Part shown: positions 28,155-44,079 of the stretch, in pieces
How positions within the stretch are numbered: position 1 is the stretch's first letter
Layout of the letters: every line of letters begins with the position of its first letter
Origin: Chrysomallon squamiferum
Taxonomy: Eukaryota; Animalia; Mollusca
Length of the DNA: 64,000 nt
Assembly: GCA_012295275.1 (NCBI GenBank)
Contig: CM022675.1
Span: 11,098,001 to 11,162,000 of the forward strand
Direction of reading: 5' to 3'
Notes under the pieces: model-generated
The model's input: only the letters and a program-made list of their open reading frames with translations
What the model was told of the DNA's origin: nothing
The model's database searches: none
Position numbers and translations under genes: made by a program

Positions 28155-30733
28155 GTGTTTTGTTTGGCTGGGTCGGATGGGTGTGCGATAAATCAGAAAG
28201 TGGCGAGATCAAATAGAACTCTAGGAGACCACAAAGTGGCTTCTTTCCCAAGGGACGAAAAATAAAAATCAAGTCTCGGCTGTTTATGGTAAATTCGCCA
28301 AGTGTCGTGTCGAGTGCAGAAAAGCTGTCATTGTTTGCTTCTTTTTCTTTTTTTTTTTTTTTTTTTTTATCTTGATTTTTTTTTTTTTTTTTCTAATTTA
28401 TTTTCAAACTAGAAATAAATAAAACTTCATCTTGAATCAGAAGAGCGATCTTTAAATTGCATTGTCGTTATGCTCCAGCAGTTTAAAATGTAATTTTTGC
28501 TAACTAAAGAAATAACTGGAAAGGAAACCTGGCATTCCGAGGTATTAGTGAAAAGATAAAATAGCGTAGATAAAAATCTTTAGTGATATTTGATTACGAG
28601 CGATGATCGGTTACCGAAAGCAGTTAAATTAACAATTTGAAGAAATAAAGAATTGTATAAAATCAATTATTCGTAAACGGTAACATAATAACTTGAACAT
28701 ATTTAGAATTATATTAAATTAATTATTCGTTTTATGGCCTGTAACATTTCAGATAACTATACAACGTTAGTAATTTCGAAACGAGTAAAATTAAAAAAAA
28801 TGTTTTCGATTTCTGTTGTACCTGTAATTTGTTAAGTAGCACTTTTGTCGGTGTGTTTGTGGTTGTTTGTGAGTGAGCATGCATAACAAATCGTTACTTT
28901 TAACTGAATACGAAATTTAAAATACAAAACGTTTTACTGAGTATTTCTGTCTCAAAATTACTCTTACGTTTTAGAAGTTACTGAACATACAATTTAATTA
29001 CCTCTTTGTACCATCTAAAAGTCATGATCTCTTCATTTAAGTAAATAATAAGTTAATAAATTTTCATTTGAAAATATTTAGTTAGTAATTTCTCACGGTA
29101 CAACGGCAACAACAACAACTACAAAGCAGCTTAATAGTTTAACGAATGTGTCACTTTGTTTTGCAACATAAGGTGTATGTTTATATACATTGAGAGAGAG
29201 AGAGGGAGAGAGAGAGAGACAGAGACAGAGAGAGAGAGACAGAGAGATAAACCCTGCTGCTTACAAACCCAAACTAAATACACTAACTAACAATGAGTGT
29301 CGGCCAAGCTGACACCTTGCAGTGCTAGACAATAAAACAAATTTAAAAGATGTTTAACATAACAAACGCACAATCGTAAGTATTCCCCTCGAGCTGTTCG
29401 TAAAACCAATTGAAATATAACCGTACTCGTTTGGATGCCTGCTGTGAGAAACGGCACGATATTTATTGCCGGTGTTTGTAGCAACTTACAGACATACAAA
29501 TCATCGACTTCTACGTCAAGCGTAACAATACGACACTGACGTAAGACACACTGACCGGAGCTGTATCCCAGGTGTCGTAACGAAAATGACCACCCGCGAA
29601 AACACACGCAAGGTAATTACAGGTGTTGCGACAGGTAAATGTCTTTAGGGACGCCATGTTTGTAAGAAGCGGCCAATTTGTCCCGATAATGGCCGTTAGG
29701 TGACTCGCGCCAATGAATTGTGTCCCTTGAAACGGTCGCCCGAGGCGGAATTTGCCGAAGTCGTCGCCACACTCCTTCGTGACGGATTAGCGTTCTGTTT
29801 GATCGTCACTCGTGTCGCTCGCTGCTACTTTTACTTTCACATTAACTTTCCAAGTTTCGCGTGTAACGACTGGTAGAAATTCTCAAAAGGGTTTCACTTG
29901 GTAATAAAATGTACCGAGATGTGTTCAACTGGCTGATACTTTCTGAACAACAAACCAAAAATACAATTATTGTTATTATTATCATCATCATCATCATCAT
30001 CATCATCATTATTATTATTATTGGGTTGTTATTATTATATTATTATTATTATTATTATTATTACTACTACTATTATTATTGTTGTTGTTGTTATTATTAT
30101 TGTTATTATTATTATTTCTTTTTGTTTCTTTCCTTTTTTTCCTTTCTAAGCATTCATTTAAATATAATTTATTTTCTGTTCTTGAATTATTATTATCATT
30201 TTTCATTCGATTTGTTTTTCCAAATAATAATTTTGTCTATATATAACTATTCAAAAATAATATTTACTGTAATTGCTATTGTTGTAACGATTGTGTTATT
30301 GATGTTGTTGTTGTTGTTGTTATTATTATTGTTATTAATATTATTATTATTATTATTAAAATTATTATTATTTTTATTATTATTGTTGTTGTTGTTGTTG
30401 TTGTTATTGTTGCCGCTGATGCTGTTGCTATTACTACTAACCAGTTCTCGAATTCAGCATTCTTTTCACTTGCTTCTAATTACACTGGAATCAGGATTTG
30501 GAACGGTATATCACGTTTTTAATCCATTTCCACAAGAAATTAGGTCACTACCCTCAAAAGTAAAAATATTCCGAGTAACTGCGATACTGTTGTTCCCAGC
30601 ATATAATGATTAAGCTATCGATCTGAAATCTCGTAAGAACTAGGATCAATCCGGCTGTATTTCCATCCAGTGATAAATCAGATGTTTGGCTTATTATATC
30701 GATTGTTTTACTTCATCCTTAATACGGAGTAGC

Positions 30734-30746
30734 GGGTCAAAGTTCA
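30734..30746 (+). promoter_or_regulatory. DR1 nuclear-receptor element
   Basis: GGGTCA a AGTTCA. Confidence 0.3.
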
Positions 30747-30868
30747 GTGTAGAGCCCGCCTCCCCCTCATATGCGAGGGACTGTCGGATCGATTCCACCC
30801 AATTCATTCTTTGAACTATTTCACTTTATAGATTTTTTTTCAAGACTGGTTTGTTAAAGGATATGTAT

Positions 30869-30907
<39 letters not shown>

Positions 30908-31537
30908 TTTTTTATTATTATTATTGTTATTAATATTGTTATTGTTAAAGTGAAGATCTGTTATTAATAATGTGTTTAAAATAATGATAAATATATCAAT
31001 AATTAAATTTCAATATTTCAAATAGATGTAAAAAAAAAAAAAAAAATATTAATAATAAAATGGCGAAAACGTAAAAAGCAAATCAATAAATAAATAATAA
31101 ATAATTAATAGAATAAAAATAAAAATGAACAACATATAAAATAGAACAACAACAAAATTAACGAAATAAAATTAAAAAAAACGGATTTAGCGAAAAATTA
31201 ACATTTCACAAACCTGAAAACTTAATCACCATTATGCATGAAAAAAATATCGGTTTTGAAGCCTCAGGCACAAGTAACTTTCATAAAAAAATAAAGCACA
31301 AAAAAAACACATCTTCATTCTCAAAAACAATTGTACGAGAATATTACCTAATAGTAAGTTATCCATACAACAACACTCCTTAAACTAATTTTCCAAATTA
31401 ACCAAGTCATTTTCTTTCGAGTTTTTTCTATTACCTAGCATTAATCTGTCGCTGTCAGAAATACTGTTTTTCTTTAGCTTGATCGTATTTTTTGGTAAAT
31501 AGTAATGGTTGATTCGTCAAGCTCTTTTTTTTTTTTT

Positions 31538-31577
<40 letters not shown>

Positions 31578-32177
31578 TAGAAACATACGGCTTGGAAATC
31601 ATTAAGTTAAACGAAAGCTGTAAATCAAAAGTTAACTATCTATCAATGAAAAATTTTATGTCCTTATGCTGGAAACTCGCCGATGAATGGTTTCTGTCGA
31701 GGTATTTTGGGAGATTCGTTATTTCGCGTTAAGAAACACATGCATGCAATTATTTTTCTCTTAAACGAATCATTTCGGCCGTGGAATTCTCTTTGATCTT
31801 TTTCCTTTCTTTTTTTCCCTTTTTTTTCTTTTTTTCTTTCTTTCCTTCTCACTGGTAATATTTTTTTAAATATTTTTTTTTTTTTTTTTTTTAGCGAATT
31901 AATTGTTATAGGAAAGAAGAGGAAAAGTGGGGAAAAAAATAAATAATAATAATAATTAAAAAAAAAATTAAATAAATAAAATAAGATGAATAATAGTAAT
32001 AGTAATAAATAAGTAAGAAAATGAACATTAATTAGTTTTGTTGTTGCGGTTTTATTTGAATTCGTGAAAGATGAAATATGCTGTGTTATTTACATATGTA
32101 CTTAATGTCTTAAGCGTGTTTTTATTTCTTGTTTTATTAAATAAGACAAAAGTTAAATGGAATAAAAAAAAAGACAA

Positions 32178-32231
<54 letters not shown>

Positions 32232-33883
32232 TAAATAAAATAAGAGAAAAATAATACTTAAAATATTCTAGTCACGGCACCTGAAGAAAAATCGTCATGG
32301 GCAACGAGGTTATCTAATTCGCCCGGATGTTGACATGCGCTGTCTGCGCAGATCAAAAGATCACAACTTCCATTAAACAAAAAAATAATGGGGTGGCAAC
32401 TGTAGCACTTGTAAACGACAGGACATTGTTTCTCTGGGCTCTCTATGTTACCATGTGCTCTTGGACAGGTGTTCGTGTCTTTCGCACTGGCCGACGTTGA
32501 AATAATTGTTGTTTGCACGAAATTAAGACATTTTAAACTCGTGTCGATTTCAGGAAATATACGCGCTTAAGCTGATGTCATCAAAATGTTAATTGCCAAC
32601 AGGAAATGAAGGAGGTATGTAATACCGACGCAAAACATCTGCCTGGTCAAATGTGGTGGACGGACATTTTTAGAAGATAATTGCTGATTTCTGGGTTTTT
32701 AATAGCTTCAAACGTCATTCTCGAGTTTCACAGAATTAAACGAGAATTACAAGATGGATGATTTTTTTTTTTCTGCATTAGCTAATGTTAGGAATTGAAA
32801 ACAAACCAAATAAATAAATAAAATAAAGTAATAAAATAAAATAAAATTAAATTACATTTTAAATTGAATTAAATTAAATTAAATATGAAAAGACAAATCA
32901 AATAAACAAACAACCAAAACATTTTTGTTTTTAAATATTACAGAAATGATTTTCTACATTAACCAGTATTAGTAGCAAAAAACAAGCCAAATAAATAAAT
33001 GAATCAATAATAAATAAATAAAGAAAATAAAACAATAAAATAAAACGAAAAACAAAACACTTAAACAAACAAATAAAAAAGTAAAAAAACAAACAACTAA
33101 ATAAATATATAAAAGTCTGACCACCTTTTAACACGTTTTGAAAATTATTGATGTTTCATTTATAACTTTTTTCTTTTTTAGATGACATTTGTGTTACTGT
33201 AGGCATGTATATGTGTGTATTGTGAGTATGTGTGTATAGTGAATATATGAGTATATATGTGAGTACGAGTGTGTATATGAGTATATGAGTATACAACATA
33301 ATTATTTTGTGTTTTGTAACTTTTTACAGTGGAAATGACTCATGTACATAAAATAAGAATGATAATTATGCAGGCATTTATGAAAATAGTTTGTAAACAG
33401 GTTCAAATATGCAGAGATATATATAGAGAGAGATAGACAGCATTAAGAATAAATGGGTAAATGAATGAAGCAGGGTTATATAATAACCAACAAGACTGGC
33501 AGAAAATCTATAAATTAATAAACAAGTTATCATTATATCATCATCATTGTCATCATCGTTATTACTACAATAATAATAATGATGATGAAGATGATGATGA
33601 TGATAATAATAATAATATTGTTGTTGTTGTCGTTGTTGTAGTGCATGTTGTAATTTTAAGAATGCTGTTAATATGACATAAAAACCATAACAATAATAAA
33701 GTAATTCAGTTAATATATGAATAAACCAAGGAATAGGCAAGAAACTAAGGACAAAAACACTAAGGACAAAAAACACTAAAGAGAATAACCCCCCACCCAC
33801 ACACCACCATGTATACGCCTTCTTATTTTCAAATCGATCTGTGATCAAACGAATTCATGCTAAACTGCCTGCTCGATTTGTAA

Positions 33884-33914
<31 letters not shown>

Positions 33915-34269
33915 TTGGTTCTAAACTACTTTCCAACAAGAACATTATCAGGCGGAAAAAAGTCAACGAGAAAAGTAACATCACGGAATGGAAACATTTA
34001 GAGAATTATGGAGGGCGCGTGACCCGGGTGAATTAGAATTTGATTGAGGAAAAACGGGAGATTACGGTTCGTCCAGCTATGAAAAAATAAATCAGCGCAA
34101 AAGCAGAAGAATTAAAAAGCTTTTTTCTTCTAAAACGATCTGACGAGAACAATTTTGTTTTATGGTTGTTAGTCGCGAAACGGTTTTACACACAAACGTG
34201 TAAGTCAGGAGATAGAGATCAAGAGAGATTGAGAGAGGTATACAGCAGAGAGAAATAGAGAGATGGAGG

Positions 34270-34529
<260 letters not shown>

Positions 34530-34566
34530 AAACTGACCTTTCCAACAAGTTTTATTATTGTCATTA

Positions 34567-34640
<74 letters not shown>

Positions 34641-35245
34641 GCTGTAGTTACTGTTGTTATCGTTATCGTCGCTATTAATTTATTCTGCTTCATTAATTTT
34701 TTATTTTTTTTAATAATCAAGAGACTGAAAGCGATACCACAAGTGGGGGGGACAACGGAACGTCCAGGCCTACGCGTTCGTGACAAAACCTGCACCGAAC
34801 GTCCCCGATCAGTACCGAACACCCGAAACACGGCTTAACGACAAACCAAACGATCTCGGCCGATAACATACGAACGGAGTCAACTGGTGCACTGAATAAC
34901 ATGGGATCTCATTCACCCGAACTTATCCATCTATTATTTACAATGGAGCGCAGCCGGCAAAACAATAGCAGGTGATATGACCCTTCGAAGATAAGAAGCC
35001 GTGACATTCCAAAATCTTACAATGGTATTTATTAAGAGGTGTAAGGAAAATACCATCACGCAAGCGGCCAATGAGAATCGCCGTACCATACGCGTTTGGA
35101 AGCAGGGAACTTCGGTAATGGCGGAGGCTGGCGTTGTAAAACTGTATCAATATAACACAATCGTAAATAATGTCCAGGGCATGTAAATATTACACACAGC
35201 TGTTGCGCTGGGTTTAAGAAAATAGGATATTGATTGTAAACGCAG

Positions 35246-35370
35246 ACGATTATGAAATAAATACGAGCAAGAATTTGTGAATTATTGGTTAATATTGATC
35301 TGTTTGCTTTTGAATAACGTTTTCCGTTTCGTTATTAAGTAGCACTGTTTAAAATCTGAATAATAATTAC
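35246..35370 (-). repeat. Inverted repeat, right arm (followed by (CT)n to about 35440)
   Basis: Reverse complement of 34406-34529. Confidence 0.93.
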
Positions 35371-35375
35371 ACACA

Positions 35376-35444
<69 letters not shown>

Positions 35445-36223
35445 TTTATGTGTCAGTACATACGTAAATGGATCTAGAGTTTGCTGTTAGTAGTATACAA
35501 ATATTAAATTTAAAACTAAAATCTGCCTATGTGTCCGTGTATCTATCTGTCTGTATATGTACATGCAAATGCGTGTGTTTCTGCATTTATAAAGTCAGTT
35601 ATGACTAAAATATACGCACGTACACACACACACACACACACACACATACATGACTGACACAGTTTAGAGACAGTAATATTAATCTACGGAAATACACACA
35701 CTTGTACTCACGCATATAACTAAACATACATGTTTTTTATTCATTAAGAAGTGCTCACATTTGTAAGTAAAATAAATAGTGATTTATGAAGGATTTTTTA
35801 ATTTTTTCTTGTAAAATTCCTAAAACATCTGGGAGATTAAATTGTCGTAAATGAAACATTAAGTAACACCTGAAAAGGATTTAGTCTCAGACATTTCTCA
35901 AGAGGCTTCAAGCGTAACGTTTTGTGTGGATTAAAGTCCAAACTGTGAGTATACGAAATTATGCTTAATAAAACACCTTTGTCAGAAGAAGAAAATGTTG
36001 ATTAAATAAAAGAAAAATGAAATAAATAAATAAATAAGTAAAGACAAATAAATAAATAAATAATACAGATAAATAAAGACAAATAAATAAATAAATAATA
36101 CAGATAAATAAAGACAAATAAATAAATAAACAAATAAATAAATAAATATAATTTAAAAAAAAAAAAAATAAAACATTTACATCTATATATGTGTGTGTTT
36201 CACATCTACTTGTGTTTTATACT

Positions 36224-36280
<57 letters not shown>

Positions 36281-36790
36281 ATGTGCGAATGCCTGTGTTA
36301 TTTATAAATGTAAGTTCTTTATTTATAACTGTTATTTTATAAATGTAAATGTGCGTGACAAGAGTATTTATGTGCACGTATGTATTACACGAGTGTGTTC
36401 ATTCCTGTGTAAATATATATATATATGTTATGTCTATCGTTTTATTTGTGTGTTTATTATGTGCGGATATTTATATAATTATTTATAGCTACGCTGAATC
36501 TATGACTGGGATATAACAGCATAATCCTCCATGATTGTGTCATTTTTAATCCTGATTTATTTAAAGTTACGCCTGTCTGCTTAAAAATTATTGCTGGAGG
36601 ATTTTTTTTTTTTTATCTTCTTTATATCGCCCCGAGGTACGTTTGTGGTTTAGGTAAATGTTTATGCGCTATTTAAGCATAGTTCTCGAAAGTATTATTA
36701 CTACTACTACTACTACTACAACAGCTACTACAACTAATAATAATAATAATAATATTAATAAAAGTAGTAGTTGTAGTAGTAATTGTAGTA

Positions 36791-37004
36791 GTAATAGTAG
36801 TAACGCTAATAATATCATTATTTTTATTTCATCGTCATTATTATTATTATTATTATTATTATTTCCATTATTATTACTACTACTACTACTACTACAACTA
36901 CTACTACCACTACTAATAATAATAGTCGTAGTAGTAGCAGTAGTTGTAGTAGTAATAGCAGTAATAGTAGTAACGCTAATAATATCATTATTTTTATTTC
37001 ATCG

Positions 37005-37072
<68 letters not shown>

Positions 37073-37115
37073 TCCAGTAATACTACTACTAGTACTACTA
37101 CTACTACTGCAACTG
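36791..37115. repeat. Tandem duplication with 170-bp offset inside a trinucleotide SSR field
   Basis: gtaatagtagtaacgctaataatatcattatttttatttcatcgtcatta occurs identically at 36791 and 36961. Confidence 0.85.
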
Positions 37116-37326
37116 CATTACCATACTGTCAATAGAAATAGCAATAACATGAAACACTTATTTTTGACAAACACTATAATCGTAACTTTACGGAAACCAT
37201 ACATGATGTCATTAACAATTAGTTGACGTCATTGAATTTTTATTCTAAAAAAGAATTGATTAGAAATACTTTTGGGAATTATTAAAACCATCAGACTAAA
37301 TATGGTAAGAATATTTATTTTATATT

Positions 37327-37360
<34 letters not shown>

Positions 37361-37581
37361 TTTTATAACAGTATGGGTAATAGTACCAGTAATATTCGTA
37401 AGAAATAATGATGATGGTAGCAAATTTAATAGTTACTGAGTTAGTAGTTGAATAGACGTATATTTATTATTTTAATATTTCCGTTGTTGTATGAACTGTA
37501 CGAAATTAAAACCTAAAAACATGAAGAGCAAGAAGCATTCTCAACTAAATTTTATTGACTTTAATTTGAACAGTTTTCTCG

Positions 37582-37625
<44 letters not shown>

Positions 37626-37684
37626 CAATAGTAATAAATTAGTCTACGCTAATTTGAACCTTTGAAAGGCATTCTTCACCGCGA

Positions 37685-37708
37685 GGGTCGCCGAAAGGTC
37701 AAAGGTCA
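37685..37708 (+). promoter_or_regulatory. Composite DR5-like / DR1 nuclear-receptor element
   Basis: GGGTCG ccgaa AGGTCA a AGGTCA at the edge of a unique intronic island. Confidence 0.45.
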
Positions 37709-38021
37709 CAGCTCGGTCATAATTACTTTGAAACGCACACGTACGAACTAATTTGATAAAAAGTCGCTGTATCGAATCTTTTCCTGCAATTCTCTGCATT
37801 GCCTCTTTACCCCCGAACGTTCGTTTCATTAAACCAAACGGCCCCCTCCGGATTTGGGGGCTCATCACGCATGCGCAGAGGCGGCGAACGATCAGCGCAT
37901 CCAAGTTGATGCAATTGGAAATTATGAGACTCGTCATCGGAGCAAAACGGCGGACCCACGACTGTCTGAAAAGATCTCTGGTCCATTTATTTCAAAGCCG
38001 GATGGGTCCTAAATCGACATC

Positions 38022-38075
38022 GGCTGTCCTGATGCGATATCGGTTTGTCCTGATGCGATATTGGCTGTCCTGATA
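38022..38075. repeat. Three short tandem copies of a ~20-21 bp unit (tgtcctgatgcgatat)
   Basis: ggctgtcctgatgcgatatc ggtttgtcctgatgcgatatt ggctgtcctgat. Confidence 0.8.
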
Positions 38076-38709
38076 TGTGATTTCGGATGGGGACCAAATT
38101 GTTAACAAAGATTGTCTGCTCTGCAAATCATGCCGTCCAATGGTTATTTTTATTTCTTTTTTTTTTTTTTTTGTCCGTGAACCAATAAGAGATGAGAGAT
38201 TCAGTTTTGCCCGGATTTTTTTATTTTTTTTTTGTTAATTTTTTTAAAAGATGACTTTTTTTTCTTTTTTTTTTGACTTCGGCAATAAATTTAGTCGTAA
38301 TGTCACAGAGGAGTTTGACGATCTGGACTCATTAATTAGGCTTTGGAAAATTTAGAGATGTTTTATTGCTTGTTTCGTTAACGTTAATGCTTCGTGAAAA
38401 GCGATGCGAGTTCCCGCATTGGAAAAATAAAATTGAAATAAAAGAAAACGAATGATTTGAAAGACTGTAAGAATACAAGCAAAAAAAGAGTTCAAAGGAA
38501 TGAAATACAACAACAATAAAGTTAAAGAAATATAATAAAAGCAGTAAGATGTGAAGAAAGAAAGAAAGAAAGAAGGAAAGAAAAAAAGAAAAAAAGAAAG
38601 AAAGAAGGAAAGAAAAAGAAATGCAGGAAAAGACAGAGACGAGGAAAAATCAACAGAACAATAAAATAAAATGAAATAAAATAAAATAAATAAATATTAA
38701 ACAAACAAA

Positions 38710-38749
<40 letters not shown>

Positions 38750-39615
38750 ACATTGAATATCATTTCTAAACGAGATAGTATATTCTTTGTATATTTCAAT
38801 ACCGAATGAAAAAAAAAAAAATTTTTTTAGGAATATTTAAATAAGCAATAAACATCTAGTGATAAATTTTTTTTTTTATATATATTACAAATGTAACAAA
38901 AACAGAATTTAAATAAATAAAAAATTAAAAAAAAAAAAAAAAAAAATTAAGAACCACGTTTTATCTTTTTGATTTCAATGAATATTTTCCTCTGTTATTC
39001 CGTGGTGCTTACATAAAATGTATAAACTGCTGTTCACTAAGAAAGTCTAATATCTGACAAAGAAAATATTGTTTTTACATTAGCCTTTGCACTCAGAATG
39101 TCACGGGAGGGAAAAGAGAAAAATTAGGTGGGGGGGCGTAAAGAAGTGCGACACAAAGAGTGCTGGTGTTTCTATAACAACAGTTCCTTCTTTTCAGGGT
39201 CAAGAGAAAGAAAGAAAAAATGGGAATGAAAGACAGGACGAAAAAAAAAAAATAAAATAAAATAAAAAAAATATAAAAAAAAAAAATTCCCGATATCTTT
39301 ACTGAACAGATTTGAACCGTTATTAAACATTAAAAACTGTAGTAGTAGTAGTAGTAGTAATAAAAATAATAATAATAATAATAATAATAATAGTAATAAT
39401 AGTAATAGTAATAGTAATAATAATAATAAATCATAAACAAGTAAACAAACGAAAATCATCAAAAAAACAACAACATGAAAGACCTGAATGAATAAGAGAG
39501 AGAAGTAATAAAATAAATAAATAAATAAATAATAAAATTTTCAAATAAACAAAAAGCAATCGAATGAAACTAACTATCTCTCTGAAATAAAAAAAAGAAA
39601 ACACGAATACAAAAA

Positions 39616-39655
<40 letters not shown>

Positions 39656-40190
39656 AAGAAAAAAAGAAAGAAAGAAAGAAAAAAAGAAAGATAAACATGA
39701 AAAACGAGTAGGAAGTGCCAAATAAAAAATAAATTAAAAAATAAATAAAACACACCATGTGATAGATTCTTTGCGCCATAAAAATCAAATTTTATTTTTA
39801 CATTTCATTGCAAGCTGTCAGTTGTTAATTTTACATTTAAACTAAACAGTGTGAAAATATATATAAAAAAGTGCTCTTCAATAAAGACACATTTAGTTAA
39901 AATTTTCCCTCCCGGCCTTTTTTTTTTTTATAATGTGCAGACATAAAAATGTCCCTGAGAAATAAAGACAGATATTCATTACACTGTTAAAAACGACTCT
40001 TTTTTATTTAAGAATAAAAAAAATAAAGAAGAAAAAAAGAGAGAAAGAAGATAAAAGGGTAATGGTTTTATTTGAAAATATCGTGTTCCTGTCCGATTAT
40101 TTTTTAAGATTATTATTTTTTTTTCTCAGTATTTTATTTGTATTATTATTATTATTATTATGATTATTATTATTATTATTATTATTGTTG

Positions 40191-40256
<66 letters not shown>

Positions 40257-41019
40257 TGCAACTGAAACATATATCATATTAAAAGAGCTTGATCTTGTTG
40301 TAAAGTAGTAAATGTTTCTGAAAGGAAAATATTTCTCGTATTTTATATATATATATATATATATTAATGATAAAGTAAGGATACTTAATTTAGTTATACC
40401 CTTTGTTGATATATAGACATATAGATAAAACTAATAAACAGTTCATTTTTTTTTTTTTTTTAAAGAATGAGAAACAAAGAAAGAAGAAGAAGAAGAAGAA
40501 GAAGAAGAAGAAAAAGAAGAAGAAGAAAAAGAAGAAGAAGAAGAAGAAAAAAAAAGCCTGAATATTTATGTGCATGTATACATATATATATATACAAAAC
40601 ACATACACACATATATACATACACAGACAGACACACACACACACACACACACAGACAGACAGACACACACACACACCACAGTAACGAAACTTGTCACCAA
40701 GCGCAAGAGCTGTATTCAGTAACACAATACAGAAATCCTAGCTCAGCGAGAATTCTCGACCTGTCTAGCAAATGATGATCATTAAATAACGCCGTCTTTC
40801 TCTCCGTATTCACAATATACAGTATTTCGCTATTTTGTTGTTTTATGGCTTTGTGGGATACCTGATACCCGGGTACATGGTACCCGCTGCGAATCGGGAG
40901 ATCGAGTTTCTTTATCGGGGTGACGTACCTAATTTTGTCGTGGATATTTTTTTTTTTTTTTAATTATCTTGTCGTTGTATATTCACGTATTCATATAGGA
41001 GGGATGTAGTTAAACAGTC

Positions 41020-41120
41020 CATAGTGAGACAGCAGCGAGTTCGAATCCCACAATTATGTAATGAAGTGGTTAAGTAGTTTTTTTAAAGATATTAAAATAC
41101 AGGGTTCGAAACCAGATGCC
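41020..41120 (+). mobile_element. Possible decayed tRNA-derived SINE head(s)
   Basis: B-box-like GAGTTCGAATCCC (~41037-41049), and A-box-like AGTGGTTAAG (~41065) followed by GGTTCGAAACC (~41103). No cloverleaf. Confidence 0.3.
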
Positions 41121-42149
41121 ATCATAATATAAAAATTAGTTTGTGCAAGGCGTACATTGTTAAAAATATATTTTTTTTTTTTTTCGGAAACAGAATATAT
41201 CTAAATCACAGCTCCTGTTCCAGTTTAATTAGAGTGAAGAACCAACTATTTTCTCTAGCTAATTAAATCTGTCTGTTTATAGTAACATAATCCTAGATAG
41301 ACCGGATAAGCTCATAATTTGTACCACTTTAGATAAGCACGAACATTTGTCTGTGTATAGATGTAGATATAAATATCGATATAGATATCGATACAATAAT
41401 ACAGATGTAGATAACAGACACAGATATAGATATCGATATATATAGATAGAGATAGAGATGGCGACAGAGATAGACATATATATATTGATATAAGTTAACT
41501 TCGCCAAGTTAGTATTTTATTTTCTCTTTTTTTTTGGTATATATATCGTTATCAATTTAATAATCGTGAATATCCTTGACATCGTGACATGCTTTGCTGG
41601 GACAGTATGACAGAGACACAGAGACATACACACACACACATACACATAGTGAATCACGCGAACACAATTTTATATTTGACGGATACTATACGGTTACGCA
41701 AATAAATCAGGTAAAAGGCGATTATTAAGAACATGTGGTTCATTCAGTTTACTTAATTGCTTCGTGGTATTTATAAATCAGTTTCCTCTGTTAATATTTA
41801 AAATACGTAATTACCTTGGAAAGGTGAAAGAATTAACCAGATGTATTACTCATGGAAATGAAATGCATTTCGGTTGATTAAGCCAGTGCTTAAGTAACAG
41901 CGAAAGAAACACAATAGCTGGGGGTCGGATGAACCAATTAACATAATTTATGCGGTTTTATCGTGTTGTTTTCTCGCCTTAGAGAAACGAAGTGAGCCGG
42001 ATTTCACACAAATCAGTAATTCCTTCTAAATTTAAAAAAAAAAAAAAAATACGTTTTAAAAACCGGAGACTAATAATTTATTAATGCAAATGTTATTAAT
42101 GACAACACTATGATTTTTTTACTGTGGTTTTCTGTATTAGTTTTATTAG

Positions 42150-42221
<72 letters not shown>

Positions 42222-42308
42222 GTTATTATTGTTATTATTATTTTGTTATTATTGTTATTATTATTATTGTTGTTGTTGTACAAAGTCATATAATCTCCCT
42301 GTTTTTGA

Positions 42309-42407
<99 letters not shown>

Positions 42408-42872
42408 CCTCTCTCTCTCTCTCTGGATCGCTCTCTCTTTCTTTCTTCTAGTCAATCTTTATAATCTCTGTCCAAAATCTTTTAAAGTTTCCATTTAGCA
42501 TATTCTGTATATATATATATATATATATACACACACCTTTTTCATTCACTTCATTTATATCCACAGTTAAACCCACACACACACATCTTCAGAGAAAACC
42601 CCATATATCTTCATACCGTGACCATAAATATTAGTTGCCAACTAAGTCAGCCACATTTTATAACACCGTTTCAAGAACTGTGAAAAAAAAAAAAAAAAAA
42701 AAAACCCGCAAAAATACTGTTGGCAAGAAAACATAAAATAAAACAGGAAAACGGACACCACTTTTTCCACGCATCTATATACATTTCAAAACAATGGAAA
42801 CAATATATTGAACAGGGAATAACAGCGGATTAGTTATTGACATTTACTTCAATGGAAAACCCACACAATTAA

Positions 42873-42892
42873 AGGTCACAGTTCATGGGTCA
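42873..42892 (+). promoter_or_regulatory. Triple nuclear-receptor half-site array (DR1-DR1)
   Basis: AGGTCA c AGTTCA t GGGTCA: three perfect RGKTCA half-sites, each separated by 1 nt. Confidence 0.5.
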
Positions 42893-43259
42893 TATGTCAG
42901 AATAAATACTGAAACAAACACGAATGGGAAAAAAAAGCCACATTTTTAGAAATGTACAACGGTTTCAGTGTTTTGATATTAAATAGATAATTAATGATAA
43001 ACAGCACCTGAAGACTTTTTTTTAATTTCTTCTTGGCGCTGATGACGATATAACAGAGATATTGTTTGTATTGATGGCTGAAGGCAGAAGATTGTAAGTT
43101 CAGTGTGATATGTATATAGTGCAAAACTGATATTAGTTATATGAATGTCAAATAAAGAGCATTTAATGAAGTCACTTATCTCTACAGACGTTGGATCGAA
43201 AATGTTATAAATGTTAATATACTGATGACAGAAGGCCAAAGTAATAATAATAATAATAA

Positions 43260-43290
<31 letters not shown>

Positions 43291-43580
43291 AAGAAGAAGA
43301 AGAAGAAGAAGAAAAAGAAATAATAATAATAATAATAATAATAATTATAATAATAATAATAATAAACAATAGTAATACATTTTCAAAAAGTAAATAAGCA
43401 AATTAGTAAGTAAGTAAGTAAGTAAGTAAAAAAATAAATTGTTAATTAATATTAAATTAACAAATGTGTAAGTGTCTTAGAATATCAATATGTGTAAATA
43501 TGTATGTATGTATATATAAAATTAGGTATGGGTGTCTACATATGTGTATGCGTGTCTATGTGTTTGCATATGTGTATGTG

Positions 43581-43645
<65 letters not shown>

Positions 43646-43983
43646 TGAATAATCCCACAAAACGGTTGAAATACAACAGTGTATAACAGGTCAGATATCA
43701 CACCAAAATACCTTCACGTACGTTTTCCTCTATGAATAAAACATTAATAAGCAAAGCGTTCGTGGGAGGTAGGAAGCTGTTATTGCATTCATTTATTTTA
43801 ATTATAGCAAATGTGCCGAGATTCGATGCAAAGTGCCGAATGAAACGGAAACTATTTTCACATATTACTTGATATTTAATGCATATTATTGTTGTTCTTG
43901 TTTTAAAATGTATTCCAGGATATTTAAGATTGCAGTGTCGCCTTTACAGTCATAACATTTTATTTCATTTTCTTGTTACACAT

Positions 43984-44079
<96 letters not shown>

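Noticed and set aside
30720-30870. Possible decayed SINE (ggatcgattcc ... gactggt) overlapping the DR1 at 30734
   Set aside because: Resemblance is from memory and too degenerate to call; noted as a caveat for that DR1.
35021-35141. Possible cassette exon in the inverted-repeat loop (AG...GTAAG on minus)
   Set aside because: Weak pyrimidine tract and 121-nt length would frameshift; no protein similarity.
40866-40886. Overlapping short palindromes TACCCGGGTA and CGGGTAC-atg-GTACCCG
   Set aside because: Too short to separate from chance and no extended hairpin.
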